DNA of 64,000 bases from Lytechinus pictus (GCF_037042905.1 NC_087245.1:41666001-41730000), one strand, 5' to 3'. Shown: positions 12,327 through 24,913, numbered from the stretch's first letter. Numbers and translations are program-made. Notes: a model not told the origin generated them from the letters alone.

Positions 12327-12636
12327 GGCCCGTATTCTGAAGTCAGGTTTAACTTAGACCACGGCCTAACTCTGTGCTAAAATTATGTGAAGCCAGCAAT
12401 TCAAAAAATTCTGTTTATATTGTATATTTATTATGCTTACTATTTTGTTTCCTTTTGCTTTCATAATGAAGAAAAATACATGTACTTCAGTTATCATTCC
12501 CAGGCAATTATGAACAGTTTGGGAGTTAATTGATTGAATGTGTACTGTTAGGGATTCGTGCCCCAATCAGCTCTCCATCGTTAAACCACAACTTTAAACC
12601 AGGGTTTAATTTAAATCCGAGTTCAGAATACGGGTC
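12327..12636. mobile_element. PIF/Harbinger-like MITE family A, copy 1
   Basis: TIR ggcccgtattctgaa / ttcagaatacgggtc; homologous to 14950-15260 in the opposite orientation. Confidence 0.7.
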
Positions 12637-12669
12637 CCTGTGTGTAGACTGTATATGTTATTGTTATAC

Positions 12670-12792
12670 CACATGTTATACCGAGGTTTTTTACCCGTTT
12701 GCTAAGAAAGTACGAAGCCTGTGAGCAAGCAACCAGGGGACTGACGGCTTAAGGTCCTCTCCGAGGGACCTGGTAATGAGGATAAATGCCTA
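12670..12792 (-). mobile_element. Deu-domain-like SINE fragment
   Basis: Minus strand gtccctcggagaggaccttaagccgtcagtccc resembles the DeuSINE core as recalled. Confidence 0.45.
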
Positions 12793-14124
12793 TGCTGCGG
12801 TTTAAAATTGTGCGCGAAGCATGTGAGTGATGTGACCCGTCTGAGAGCATCCCCATTGCAACAAGACCCCTTTATGTGAAGTGGTCCTGAAAACCAGTTC
12901 AGGAGGCGATGATGAGAACGCTAGCGAAGCGATCTTCTAAACAGGTTTAAGGCAATCCAGTTCAAGATGGTACATGTTGATGGGAACAGGGTCCCAGTGT
13001 AGAGATAGATATCATGGAATATATATGTGGAGCCAAGAGAGGGGACCTTGTACTGTCCAGTAAACAAGGTCTGTAGTCAATAGATCCTGTTCACCCTGAC
13101 AATAAAGTTCAGATATTTCTTCTTTTATGGTAGTGATGTGGAGAGAGAGAGGGGGAATTTGAGTGTATTAACTCATGGACCTATTACTCTACAAATGATC
13201 CAATGAAACAAGCAATTCAAAAGTATACAAGAGAATATCCCGAGAGGGAGAGAGAGAAGGGGGTGAGGGAAATATGGGGAAAGAGGGGTATAAGGGGATG
13301 GAAAAAAGACTGAGTAGTGGCGGAGGGGGAAAGGGAGAGAGAATAGGGGGTGGGCAGGGCTATACATGTAGTCACATGAATGATTGCAATTTAATTATGA
13401 TGACAATGATGAATGGTTATACATGTAAGTAGAAAAGTAAGGAGGAGAAGGAGGAGGGAAAGAGAAAGAATAACAAGGAGGAGAAGTAGAAAATAATGAA
13501 GGAGGAGGAGGAAAAAGAATGAATATAGGAGTGGGTTTGTGGCAAAACTATTGCTGGGGTGTGGTCTAAAGAGACAAATATCTACAGAAATTGACACGTT
13601 ATAGTACAAGTTCATGAAATATAGGAAGGTACTGTATGTAGTAGCTGGTATACTCAAAATGTCAATGGAAAAAAAATCTTCCCAGCAAAGTGTCAAAATC
13701 AAGGATATGTTTGATGCGTGTTTACTAGTCCTATCTGAATGACATATCAAGTTACCAATTAAAATATCCAGTACATGAATATGCCCACCAATAAATCGTT
13801 CCCAGGATAAGAGTGCTAGATATTTGGGGTCAATGTCAAATTCTTAACATTCATGATTCATATTTCATGGTCTCTTTGGTGAAAAAGCCTGTACCTTGAA
13901 ACAAAGGGGGGGGGGGGGGTAATAGATTATCAGGCGAGCGTTTCTTCAACATTTTTGTCCGACAAGTTGTCAGATCTGACATCTCTCCTTGATTCTGATT
14001 GGCTGAGAAGCACTGTTACTATGGTATCTATCGGATAAAACAGGATTTGTTGGATAAAACATCCATCATTCCTTTCACGAAACACTCGCCTGCTTTACCT
14101 TATGCAGTCCTTCATTATCGTTAA

Positions 14125-14713
14125 AGGAGAATGAAACTCTTGGAGCAAGTTAGTTTTTGTGAAAGCAGAAAAATCAAAGAATAAGATCAACAAAAGTTTG
14201 AGTAAAATAGGACTAGCAATAGAAGAGTTATGAGCATTTGAATGTCAAGATCACTAATGCTATGGAGATCCTCCTATTGGCAATGCGACCAAGATCTATG
14301 ATGTCACAGATGAACAACTCTCCCCTTTTGGACACTGAAAATACTGTATACCCCAAAACATATCTTTTTGCTCATTCTAATCATATGACAAACGATTCAT
14401 CAATGATATAATGTTGTGAAACCTCTGTACTTGTCCTCTCATAAAGAGAACACCTCACCTTGTGATAGACTCTATAAAAGTGAGAATATAAGTGAAATAA
14501 GTACTAAAGTAATGAGGGAGTTGTACGTGTGTGACATCACAGATCTTGGTCGCATTGCCAATTGGAGGATCTACATGGCATTAGTGATCTCGACATTCAA
14601 ATGCTCATAACTTTCTTATTATTCATTCAATCTTCCTCAAACTTTCAACAATATGTTTCTTTGATTTTTCTCTTTGATATGGATTCAGCTGGTTTCAAGG
14701 GTTTCATTTTCCT
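14125..14713. mobile_element. Kolobok-like MITE with TTAA TSD, copy 1
   Basis: TTAA|aggagaatgaaac ... gtttcattttcct|TTAA, plus an approximately 80-bp internal inverted repeat. Confidence 0.8.
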
Positions 14714-14949
14714 TTAAGTCTAGATCATGGCCGTGATACTGTAGCATGTAGTTTTTATCGAGCTGTATTCTCATGAAAGCTTCAGGAATGAACAAGAATT
14801 TAGGATGGAATGTTATGCTTCATCATAATAATTGTAATTGCTTTAATAGGTCAAATGGTCACTTGGTGTTATATCCACTTGGGTGACTGTCCATCTGTGA
14901 ACGTTCCTTTCAGTACTATTATGTTGTATTCAGGGGTGTGAGAGACTGA

Positions 14950-15260
14950 GGCCCGTATTCTGAAGTCGGGTTTAATTTAAACTCTGGTTTAAAGTTGTGG
15001 TGTCACTATGGAAAGCCAGTTGTAACATAAATCTATAACAGTAGAGGTTTAATGTATCAGCTCAATTGACTCCCAAAACATTATTAACTACCTGGGAAGG
15101 ATAAGTATGACAGTTGTCTTCACCATTAAGGAATTAGTAAAGAGCACAGTAAACATGAGAAGCATTCACTGTAAACAAAATTTTGAAACGTTTGGCTCAC
15201 CATAATTTTAGCACAGAGTTAGACCATGGTTAAGGTAAACCCGACTTCAGAATATGGGCC
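14950..15260. mobile_element. PIF/Harbinger-like MITE family A, copy 2
   Basis: TIR ggcccgtattctgaagtcgggttta / taaacccgacttcagaatatgggcc; 3-bp TSD TGA on both sides. Confidence 0.75.
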
Positions 15261-15636
15261 TGAGAGTTCAACTTAAATCCATTTTCACCTTTGTACAATT
15301 TATATTCAGCTCTCTAAAACAACCCTGCTTGTTGTAGCATTTCCAACTAGGAGTTTTGGTTTTTACAAGGATGTTAGTTACATGGGTTTTGCTTGTATTG
15401 TTTGAATTTTATAGAAAATGATTACTTCGTATTGCGTAAAGTGGCTACAAGACCAAACAGTTTTAAATCATTTCACTTGGAGAAAGATGGGATTAGATAT
15501 AATGGGATAAGACCAAACAGGCATTTGTATAGCCCAGATTGGACTTTGATGTATAACATGGAGGCTCTCTTTCCCAAAGATAATATAGAGGGCCTCCTGA
15601 TTACCAATTCCTTACCCAGTGCCAATCCACTCGTCT

Positions 15637-16191
15637 GGGCCCCGTCGTACAAAGAATTGCGATTGATCTGATCAACCACAACTAAGGATGGCCAGCAACG
15701 TCAACATCTAAGATGCATGTTTTGTTCAAAATTTATTTTCTAGATATGATGTTTTATCATACATTCATTGTTCTCGTGAAGATTCAGTGTGATTCTCTTT
15801 GTTTACGAAGGAGATCGTGCAAATTTCCTGTAGAAAAAAAATTATGGTATGGATGGATTTCCATACAGTTGAGGTTGTTTGGATCAATCATAACTCGTTG
15901 TAAGACAGGTACCAGGGCCCCGTCTTACAAAGAGTTGCGATTGATCCGATCACTCCAACTATGGACGTCAGCAAAGTCAACATCTACATGTATTATGCAT
16001 GTTTGTTCAAAATATTTTCTAGCTATGATGTATATTCATGCATTCATCGTTGTCTTGAAAATTCACTGTGCTTATCTTTGTTTTAATACAAAGGACATTG
16101 TGCACATTTCCTGTAGAAAACATGACACTGATGGCTTTCCCTAGAGTTACGATTGATTGGATCAATCATAACTCTTTGTAAGACAGGGCCC
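15637..16191. mobile_element. Head-to-tail dimer of an approximately 277-bp MITE (GGGCC termini)
   Basis: Units 15637-15913 and 15915-16191, each with TIRs like gggccccgtcttacaaagagttgcgattgatc / gatcaatcataactctttgtaagacagggccc. Confidence 0.7.
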
Positions 16192-16293
16192 GGTCTCCCA
16201 TCTGCCTCAAATGTGGATAAGAGATGGATTTAAACATTTAACATCATATGAATATCTGATTATCATGCAATTATCCTTTTCTTGTTTGTGTAG

Positions 16294-16441
16294 TATTATA
16301 AAAGCCTTGGTCTCAGCGATGAAGAGGTTGCTATAAGAATGAAGGATTGTTCAAGGCATAGGGGTCACTACAGTCCACCCAGCACCCCTGATCACTTCTG
16401 GTCCGTAGACTTCCCTGATACTCCAACATGCGTAGAAAGAG
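16294..16441 (+). CDS. RBBP8: CtIP/RBBP8 exon: YYKSLGLSDEEVAIRMKDCSRHRGHYSPPSTPDHFWSVDFPDTPTCVER(G)
   Basis: Acceptor tttgtgtag|TAT (phase 0), donor G|gtatgt. Contains the CSRHR motif and PPxTPxxFW..FP.T signature of the CtIP/Sae2 family. Confidence 0.95.
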
Positions 16442-16560
16442 GTATGTAGAAAGAGTTTTATCAAGTTTGATACTGGGTTGGCGGTTTCCCCAGGAAATTT
16501 AGGTATTTCACGCCCAGGTGGGAAAACTTGTAAATGCTGGGAAGTGGGGGGGGGGGGGGG

Positions 16561-16815
16561 GGTCTTGGTCTAGTGGTTACAACTCTCGTCTTTCAATCAG
16601 AGGGACGTGGGTTCGAATCCCAGCCATGGCATGTTTTCCTTCAGCAAGAAATTTACCCACGTTGTGCTGCACTCAACCCAGGTGAGGTGCATGGGTTCCT
16701 GGCAGGATTAATTCCTTGAATGGACCAAGCGCCTTTAGCAGCTGGAGCTAAAGCTGGGCTAATACTAGTGCGCCATTAAATAGGCAACTAGATAATTGGC
16801 GCCTCATAAATGCTA
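16561..16815 (+). mobile_element. tRNA-derived SINE with a CORE-like central domain
   Basis: A box TGGTCTAGTGG and B box GGTTCGAATCC, then ccttcagcaag...gcactcaacccaggtgaggtg. Confidence 0.75.
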
Positions 16816-17209
16816 TACATGTAGGGAGGTACAGGGAAATGCTAGAATATACTTCAGAAACACCTGGCAAAACCTGAAATATTCAAGAAGTATTTTTCAT
16901 ATTATTTCACTGCATTTCCAATTATTTTGTGATATACGTTTTGTTATATACATTTAACTACTTTTCAAAATCAATGTTTATATTATATTCAACAATTAAC
17001 TTTCACTTTAATTAAGTTTCAATTCAATTCAATTTCTCCTTGTTTACAATTATCCAATTGCAATTATTAATGCATCAAGGATTATAATTACCTTTGCGAT
17101 TATTAATTAATTTACATTTTAATCATACTATTTTGATCATATTAGATATATCTATTCCACAATATTTGCGCTTATTAACTATTATTCATTTCAATGCTAT
17201 GTATTCCAT

Positions 17210-18529
17210 TTTTGTCTCACCTGCATAGCAGAGTGAGACTATAGGCGCCGCTTTTCCGATGACGGCGGCGGCGTCAACACCAAATCTTAACCTAAGGTTA
17301 AGTGTTTGAAATGACAGCATAACTTAGAAAGTATATGGACCTAGTTCATAAAACTTGGCCATAAGGTTAATCAAGTATTACTGAAAATTCTGCCTGAGTT
17401 CCAGGTCACATGACCAAGGTCAAAGGTCATTTAGGGTCAATGAACTTAGACCATGTTGGGGGAATCAACATCAAAATCTTAACCTAAGGTTAAGTTTTTG
17501 AAATGTCATCATAACTTAGAAAATATATGGACCTAGTTCATGAAACTTGGCCATAAGGTTAATCATGTATTACTTGAGTTTCATGTCACATGACCAAGGT
17601 CAAAGGTCATTTAGGGTCAATGAACTTTGGCCAAATTGGAGGTATCTGTTGAATTACCATCATAACTTTGAAAGTTTATGGATCTGATTCATTAAACTTG
17701 GACATAATAGTAATCAAGTATCGCTGAACATCCTGTGCAAGTTTCAGGTCACATGATTAAGGTCAAAGGTCATTTAGGGTCAATGAACATAGGCCAAATT
17801 GGGGGTATTTGTTGAATTACCATCATAACTTTGAAAGTCTATTGGTCTAGTTCATAAAACTTGGACATAAGAACTTGGACATAAGAGTAATCAAGTATCA
17901 CTGAACATCCTGTGCGAATTTCAGGTCACATGACCAATGTCAAAGGTCAATGAACTTACTTTGGCCATAATGGGGTATCTGTTGAATTACCATCATAACT
18001 TTAAAAATTTATGGATCTGATGAAACTAGGCCATAAGAGTAATCAAGTATCTTTGAACATCCCGTCCGAGTTTCAGGTCACATGACCAAGGTTGAAGGTC
18101 ATTTAAGGTCAATGAACTTTGGCCATGTTGGAGGTATTTGTTGAATTACCTTCATATCTCTGTAAGTGTATAGGTCTAGTTCATAAAATGTGGACATAAG
18201 AGTAACCAAGTATCACTGAACATCTTGTGCGAGTTTCAGGTCACATGACCAAAGTCAAAGGTCATTTAAGGTCATTGAACTTTGGCCATTTTAGAGGTAA
18301 TTATTAGATTGTTGTCATAACTTTCTAAGTTTATAGATATAGTGTATAAAATGTGGATATAGGGGTAATCAAATATCACTGACAACTTTAAGGTCACATG
18401 ATCAAGGTCAAATGTCAATGAACGTAGTATTGTATCATTATATGAATAGTGTTTTTTGAATAATTATTTTATAGAAGTTTTCAAAATCAGCACTGCTGCT
18501 ATATTGAATCGCGTGATGCAGGTGAGACA
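17210..18529 (+). mobile_element. Helentron/HINE-like element with about 7 internal tandem repeats of 150-180 bp
   Basis: Inverted repeat tgtctcacctgca (17213-17225) / tgcaggtgagaca (18517-18529), 5' hairpin gtctcac..gtgagac, GGC microsatellite. Repeat cores at about 17403, 17585, 17746, 17923, 18075, 18238 and 18391. Confidence 0.7.
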
Positions 18530-18879
18530 GCATTGGAATCATATTTCAACTGTCTCATTCCTAAATTTTAAACTATTCCCTTCATCCCAAGTTCATGAAT
18601 TTCAAACTGATCATTTACAGACTTTAATTAAGTCCTGTAATCTTGAAAGAGGTTTCAATTGTACCATGGTGCATTACCAAAGGACTATGCAGTGTTTTGT
18701 ACGTAATAACGCTTATTTCATCGTGTACGCTAAGAACAATCCAATTAAATGTGCATTTTTGGCAATGGGTACTAAAAGGGAAATGCGATAATACAAGACA
18801 TCTGCATAAACCATGGTTTTGTACCATAATAATAATAATAATAGCAGGGCCCGCTGGGAGAACAGTTATCAGAACTGAA

Positions 18880-19122
18880 CACTGCCAAAACACCAGTGTT
18901 GATTTAACACCAGCCCGGAATCTACATATGTCCACACCAGAGAAGTGTTAAACTACACCAGTTTGGTTTTGGTCTAACACCAGATTAAGTGTTTATACAA
19001 CACCAATTAGTATTAAAACAGCATGGGTTTGATTCCAAACTGGTGTTGTTTCAATACTTCTCTGGTGTGGACATATACATAGATTCCGGGCTGGTGTTAA
19101 ATCAACACCGGAGTTTTTGCCG
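18880..19122. mobile_element. Palindromic MITE with CACTG termini (CMC/EnSpm-like), copy 1
   Basis: Long TIR gtgttgatttaacaccagcccggaatct / agattccgggctggtgttaaatcaacac; near-identical to 33277-33518. Confidence 0.75.
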
Positions 19123-19213
19123 GGGTAAACATACATATATTGTTACCATGGTAAATTAAAAAAACTCTCTTGAGAATATGGGCCAAAGACTTTCCTTTTT
19201 TTTTTTAAACCAG

Positions 19214-19326
19214 GTTATTTCAAGGTGGCTCCGGAAGAACAACAACCAAAGAGAACCAGAAGGAACAGGTATCTTAACAAACCTAATTTAGAAAAGAACA
19301 AGTCAGCGGAAGGAGGATCCACTTGA
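19214..19326 (+). CDS. RBBP8: CtIP/RBBP8 last coding exon: (G)YFKVAPEEQQPKRTRRNRYLNKPNLEKNKSAEGGST*
   Basis: Poly-T tract and aaaccag|GT acceptor in phase 1 complete ERGY as in human MERGY. TGA at 19324-19326. Confidence 0.88.
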
Positions 19327-19524
19327 TTCCAGGTTATATTCAGATTTACAGCATCGTGTAGTACAGTAGTAGTAGTTAATCCAAAGTTTTAAATCCGGTT
19401 TTGTCCCTGTGAACGAGGATGGCCCGATTCACCTCACACTCGCAGCAATCGCCCTCACCCCCTTCACTCCATTGACCCGATTCAGTACACCCTCCATCCT
19501 CAGCCCAACCCTCCTCCACTTGCC

Positions 19525-19803
19525 TCTGTGTCCCAGTGGATTGGTCTTTGCACTTTAAGAAACAGAGGCTCGTTGGTTCAAATCCCAGTCATGGCATAAT
19601 TTCCTTTGAGCAGCAAGATAATGATCCACATTGTCCTTCACTCACCAAGGTGAGGTGAATGGGAACCGACCATGATTATCTCTTTGACTGCACAGTGCTG
19701 AAAACAGCAGCTCGAGCTGATCCCAGGGTAGTCATAAAAGTGCACCTCAGAATAGATTATATCTAGATAGGTGGTACGATATATACGTCTGTTGCTATTA
19801 TAA
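19525..19803 (+). mobile_element. tRNA-derived SINE, same family, downstream of the RBBP8 stop codon
   Basis: cccagtggattggtc...ggttcaaatcccagtcatggcataatttcc...cactcaccaaggtgaggtgaatggg. Confidence 0.65.
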
Positions 19804-21415
19804 TTTACATCAATAATTAGATGTATCTACCTGATTTTGTAGTTGATCTGATTAACTTGCAGCCCGAATATTTTTGTTTTTTAAACAAGTTCACACCTAG
19901 TTACCAATAATGCATATAGCATTTTCATTTATTTGAAAGCAGGATAAGCGAGCACTGTAGATTAAATGCCTTGCTCACGGGCATAGGTGCTGTGGCCGGG
20001 GATCGAACCCTGGACTTTTTCATGTATAGCCAAAGCGAATTGTTGACGCCATTGATCATTCTCATTTTTGAATCACATGCCTTGGAAGAATCATGGCACT
20101 CAGGACAGCTAAATACACTTCCCAAATTGGGTTTAATATTATGCGCATTTGGTTATTTTTCTTTATTTCAAATTACCTTACCTCTTTTACTGTTTGTAAT
20201 TTAGGTATTAGGTTTCTTTTACCTTGTACCAGGCCTGCCTTGTACGTGGCATATGAAAGCTAGATTGTAGTTGTTTTTTATGTTCTCCTTTGAGTAGTCC
20301 CATATTCTGAGACAGTGTTGGCTTAGTGCAGTCAATTACTTTTCCCCCTGCTCTTCTCCCCGGATCTCGGGGCGCAGCTCTCGCTTGTAGTGTCTTTGAC
20401 TCGCACCCTTGCTTTTGACTGGAAGTGTTTGATTCTCCATCTGGAAAAGGCGCTATAGGAATATGAATTATTATTATGAATATTATTCATCTCCCTGCAA
20501 CTCCACCCATTTCCACTACCTTCTTTCACCTGCCTTCTCTCCCCTCCCCTTCCCCTCTCCCGTGTCCCCTCCCCCTGTACCTTCTTCTCTTCATTCTGCC
20601 TCATGAGTGTATCAGCATAGACAATAAAAATCAATTTTATAAGACCTCTAAAATGGAATATCATGAATGAAAGCATTTTCATTATAACCATGAACCATGG
20701 TCAAAACATTGGCTTTTATTCACATATACTAATCCAGCGAAGCAACCTACTAAGTTTATTGTTTATTTTAATGAAAATCAATGCTTCGTCCATGATTCAG
20801 TGGTATAATGAAAATAAAATCTAATGCTTCTATTCATGAAATTCCAAGACAGATGCGTTATAAAATTGATTTTTTTTTTTGGGGGGGGGGGTCAATTTTA
20901 TTCCATTATTCTCTCATCACAAACTGTATATAAATTGAAATTTTTAATTCAAGTGAATTAAGTCAGTTTCTTTTGAAATTTTTTCACATATTCTTTGCAC
21001 TATTGACCAAAAGGAGTTTATTTTATCAGTCATTCTTTTACCATGGGTATCATGACTTTTATTTTCTAAAGAAATAATACTAAAGTGGTCTGGGAATGAG
21101 TAGAGCAAGATCAATAAAGATATGATCAGAATCGCCATCAAATTGTGTTTGAATAGTTGACATCTGCAGGTTGAAGCCGATTCCCACCATTTTGTTCTAG
21201 TCTGTAAGCTCAGACCCATATTTCATGCTTTGACAAATAGTAGGATATTTTTGATATTGTCAAAATTATGCAATATTGAATATTCAATAATTGTTTTATG
21301 ATTAAAAATGTTGATATATTACAGTAACATGATATGCAAAAAAATATTGTTGATTATAAAAAATAATCACTATTTATTGACCACAAATGCTGAACACACT
21401 TTTGTATTGTTTTAA

Positions 21416-22350
21416 GGACGTTCCACAGTTAAAGTGAAATCCATGTCATTTTCACCAAACTTTGCACATAGATACTTTAGAACCTTAATATTCGAAATAT
21501 GCAAAAATTAACATAGGTCCATGTGCTTGATTTTTTGCTATAGAGCTTAAAAGTTCACCCAAATTGATGTTCTTAAGAATTGCGCATTCAAAAGAATTTG
21601 GCATTTTTAGACCGCCCAAGATTACTACAATGAGTTTAAACCTCCATTACTCATTCAAAATACATGAAAAAGTCATCAAATTTCGCAAGAGAGTTAATAA
21701 TTGTATCGTTAGAATGGAGAATCTATTAATAGTGCTATTTGTTTGCAATTTTAAGTTTAACAGCACTGTCAGTTCTTTAAAATGGCGTAAAAGATAACAA
21801 AATCCCAATCTGAAAAATGTAAAATTTCAGTAACAAACTACAAACGTACAATAAATGCTGCACTTTATTCAAAATCCATGTCATTTTCACCAAAATTTGC
21901 AGAGTTGTAGAGGAAGGTATACCTAAGAGGTACAAACATTAAAAAATAGGGGTTCATGTGCTTGTTTTTAAACTATCAGCATTTTTATTAGAGCAAATGT
22001 GCTTGTTAAAACACCAAAAATGGGCCAAATGCTTAGTATCTATGTGAAGAAAAAATCAAAACCACTCTACCATTTATTCAAACTCGGGCTAATATTCGTG
22101 ATTCTTGGCAGCACTGCAGAGTAAAGTATTTTGAAATTGTAGAGAATATTTTTTTTAATGGTCCATGGAATAATTCAATTTTTTAGCTTCATGAAATAAC
22201 GCATCGGATCTGCAGTTAAAGTGCAGAAGATGAGAAAAATCAGCTCATACCCGCAGCTAATTAATACCTGTTCATCCATTGTGACGTCAGCGCGCAGAGT
22301 GTAAACTATGCGCAGATCATAATGCGCACAAATATAACTGTGGAACGTCC
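21416..22350. mobile_element. Kolobok-like non-autonomous transposon, 935 bp
   Basis: Perfect 16-bp TIR ggacgttccacagtta / taactgtggaacgtcc with TTAA on both flanks. Confidence 0.8.
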
Positions 22351-24759
22351 TTAAACCAAATCAGAACTTTTTATATTGGTACCCAAATGCTTGCTTTTCA
22401 TGGACAGGCATTGATGAAAGCCAGCCTTTTCTTTGTCCCTTCCCTGCTCTCACAGAATTGCAGTTATTAATGAATGCACATGATAACTTTTCAGACTTGG
22501 CAATATTTTGCTGGCGATGATTGCAAACATTGAAATCAAATATGAACCAGCACTAGTACCATGTCTAGGTACCTTAATATGTGTTGAATAAGAGAAGCAG
22601 CCAAAGTACATATACCCATGTAGTCTCACTACTTCAGACTCTATTATGCACATAGTGAAAATGGGAGTTCTGTACAGGCACGGAGACAGGGGGGGGGGCA
22701 CAGGGGGCATGTGCCCCCCTTTTGAGAATCTCTTTAGGTGTGCCCCCTCTTTTGAAATTAGAGACTTTTTTTTTTTTGGCTTGTCAATTTTTTTCGGTAT
22801 GAAATATCCTTCAATTGTCTTCATTTGTTGTTGAAAACCTTTTTTGGGGGGTTTGTCAAAATTTTCCTCCAAGAAATTTGCCCCCCCCCCCCCTTTTGGA
22901 AAATCCTGGATCCGCCCCTGGTTCTATATGCATGCAAACTACTGTACCTTTGATATTCCTCCTACATATAACAATGATCAATCTTTAAATCACCTAATAT
23001 GAACAGTCTTTCAGCATATTTTTTTCTGAGGGTAGATGTATCATCAGATAAAAAGTTTATACATTGCATGTAGACAAAATGATTGTTCTCAAGAAGACTT
23101 GCATGCTGTGACAAAATATTATAAAGCAACATTTTATTCAAATTTTAGAAATACATGTACTATGCATATTTTTTTACTTTTATATATATGTTCCTCAAAT
23201 TACATATCTTTGAATTCACTCTAAGAGTTGATTGCAAAGATAATAAATTAATGTATGTTTGATTTAAATGAATGAATTCATAGTGTCTTGTGAATATTTG
23301 AGGTGTTATTTTGGGTATCGTTATATATATGTGGAATTATCGGACCAGTATGATCCTTGGATGGATTAAAAACTTATGTTTTTTTAATATGAAACAGTGA
23401 ATGAAATATTGTTCACCTGAAATTTGCCTCATTTCATCTCATGATGGAGCGGTAGATAGACAGATAGAAAGATACATACATACACACACCCTCACACACA
23501 CAAATGTAGACGTGTTGTCCATCAGTTGACAAGTCTTCTGACATTAGGGTTCACATTCCACCTCAGCATTTGCATCCTCTGACAAGGCATTTATCTACGT
23601 TTGCCACTTCCTACCCAGGTGTAGTAAATGGCTGTAGTTATAATGTGCAATGCTAAGGCTAAGGAACATTTGTATTATATATTTTGCATATCATTATCAT
23701 TATTATAGGTACTGTAGGTATATATATATATAATGCTTGATAATATTCAACTGATATATTTAACAGTGGAGTAGACTCTGGTCTATTTATTTCTTATGCA
23801 TGTGAATAGTATACACGGACCACTGTTCGTGACTAACATTACTTACAGTAGGTGTTGGTTATTAAAAGCTTGGCTGTGGGATTGCATGTCTAAAATAAAT
23901 AAAAATTAAACAATTGAACTCTATAAACCCAGCCTTACTACTGAAATACTATTCTGTCAAGAGCCAAGACTCTTGAAAATGTTAAGAGTAAGTTTCAAAG
24001 TACTTTGTTTATTACAAGATAACCTTCAAAATGGATCATATTCGAGGGTTGGGGTGGGGTCTGTTTTAGCAAATAAATGTTTGTCAATAATTTGTTATTT
24101 TTCTGTCAGTGATTTTCACCGACAAATGTCATTAGCTACAATAAATCCTTGAATCCGAATGGCTGTAAGTGAAAATCACATATGACATTGTTCATGGAAT
24201 GTTTCCCCAAATGTAAAGAAATGAGGTCATGAAAATAACAATTTCTTTGACCTCTGTTAAGATCTGGATGTCTCACATTGATGATGCTGTTTTAAGTTAT
24301 TAACGAGATTATATGAAATATGAGAGATATTTAAAATATAGCACTTAGTTATAATGTGAAAAGAAACGAAAATAAATTTATAGATGTGCAGGTAGTATAT
24401 ATAGCATGTTAGTGTAATGTTTTCGCCGAGTGTGATGCGCGAGAAGTCACGCAAGTTCAGTATCGAAAATGTGATTGTGCCATCACGTGGGTTATAGCGT
24501 CTGACGGTCGGACAATCGCGTAACCCGACCATTTCGAGAAAAGGTACCCTAAATTCCCGAAAGGTCAGGTCCAGTTTAACACCCGACCCTTTGTATATTT
24601 GGTTTATAATTTTCACAAAACATCGGGTAAATTGTACCAAACTTTGATATATTTGATAATTTTCACAAACGGTCGGATAATCTTGCGAACACGACCTTTC
24701 GGGAATTTAGGGGAGACATTTCTTTGATTTTTTTTAAGTGCACACCTATTCAGCAATAA

Positions 24760-24913
24760 TGCATATGGCATTTTCATGCATTTGAATGTAGGATAAAAGA
24801 GTATTGTGAATTTACTGTTTTGCTCACAAGCATAAGTTCCGCGGCCGGGGATCGAACCCCAGAGTATCCATGTATAGCCAGGCGCCTTAGACCACTCGGC
24901 CACGGCACCTCCC
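24760..24913 (-). mobile_element. tRNA-derived SINE, second family; related copy at about 19945-20035 (-)
   Basis: Minus strand GTGGCCGAGTGGTCTAAGGCG..GGTTCGATCCCCGGCC followed by non-tRNA body sequence. Confidence 0.7.

Noticed and set aside
14416..14610. 64-aa ORF duplicated at 43955-44149
   Set aside because: Lies within two copies of a MITE, has a non-ATG start and shows no transposase motifs.
17400..18420. Regularly spaced repeats as a CRISPR-like array
   Set aside because: The intervening sequences are also homologous (true tandem repeat), the context is eukaryotic and there are no cas genes.
24835..24913. tRNA gene (also at 16561, 39830 and 41130)
   Set aside because: A/B boxes are present but the cloverleaf is incomplete and SINE body sequence follows.
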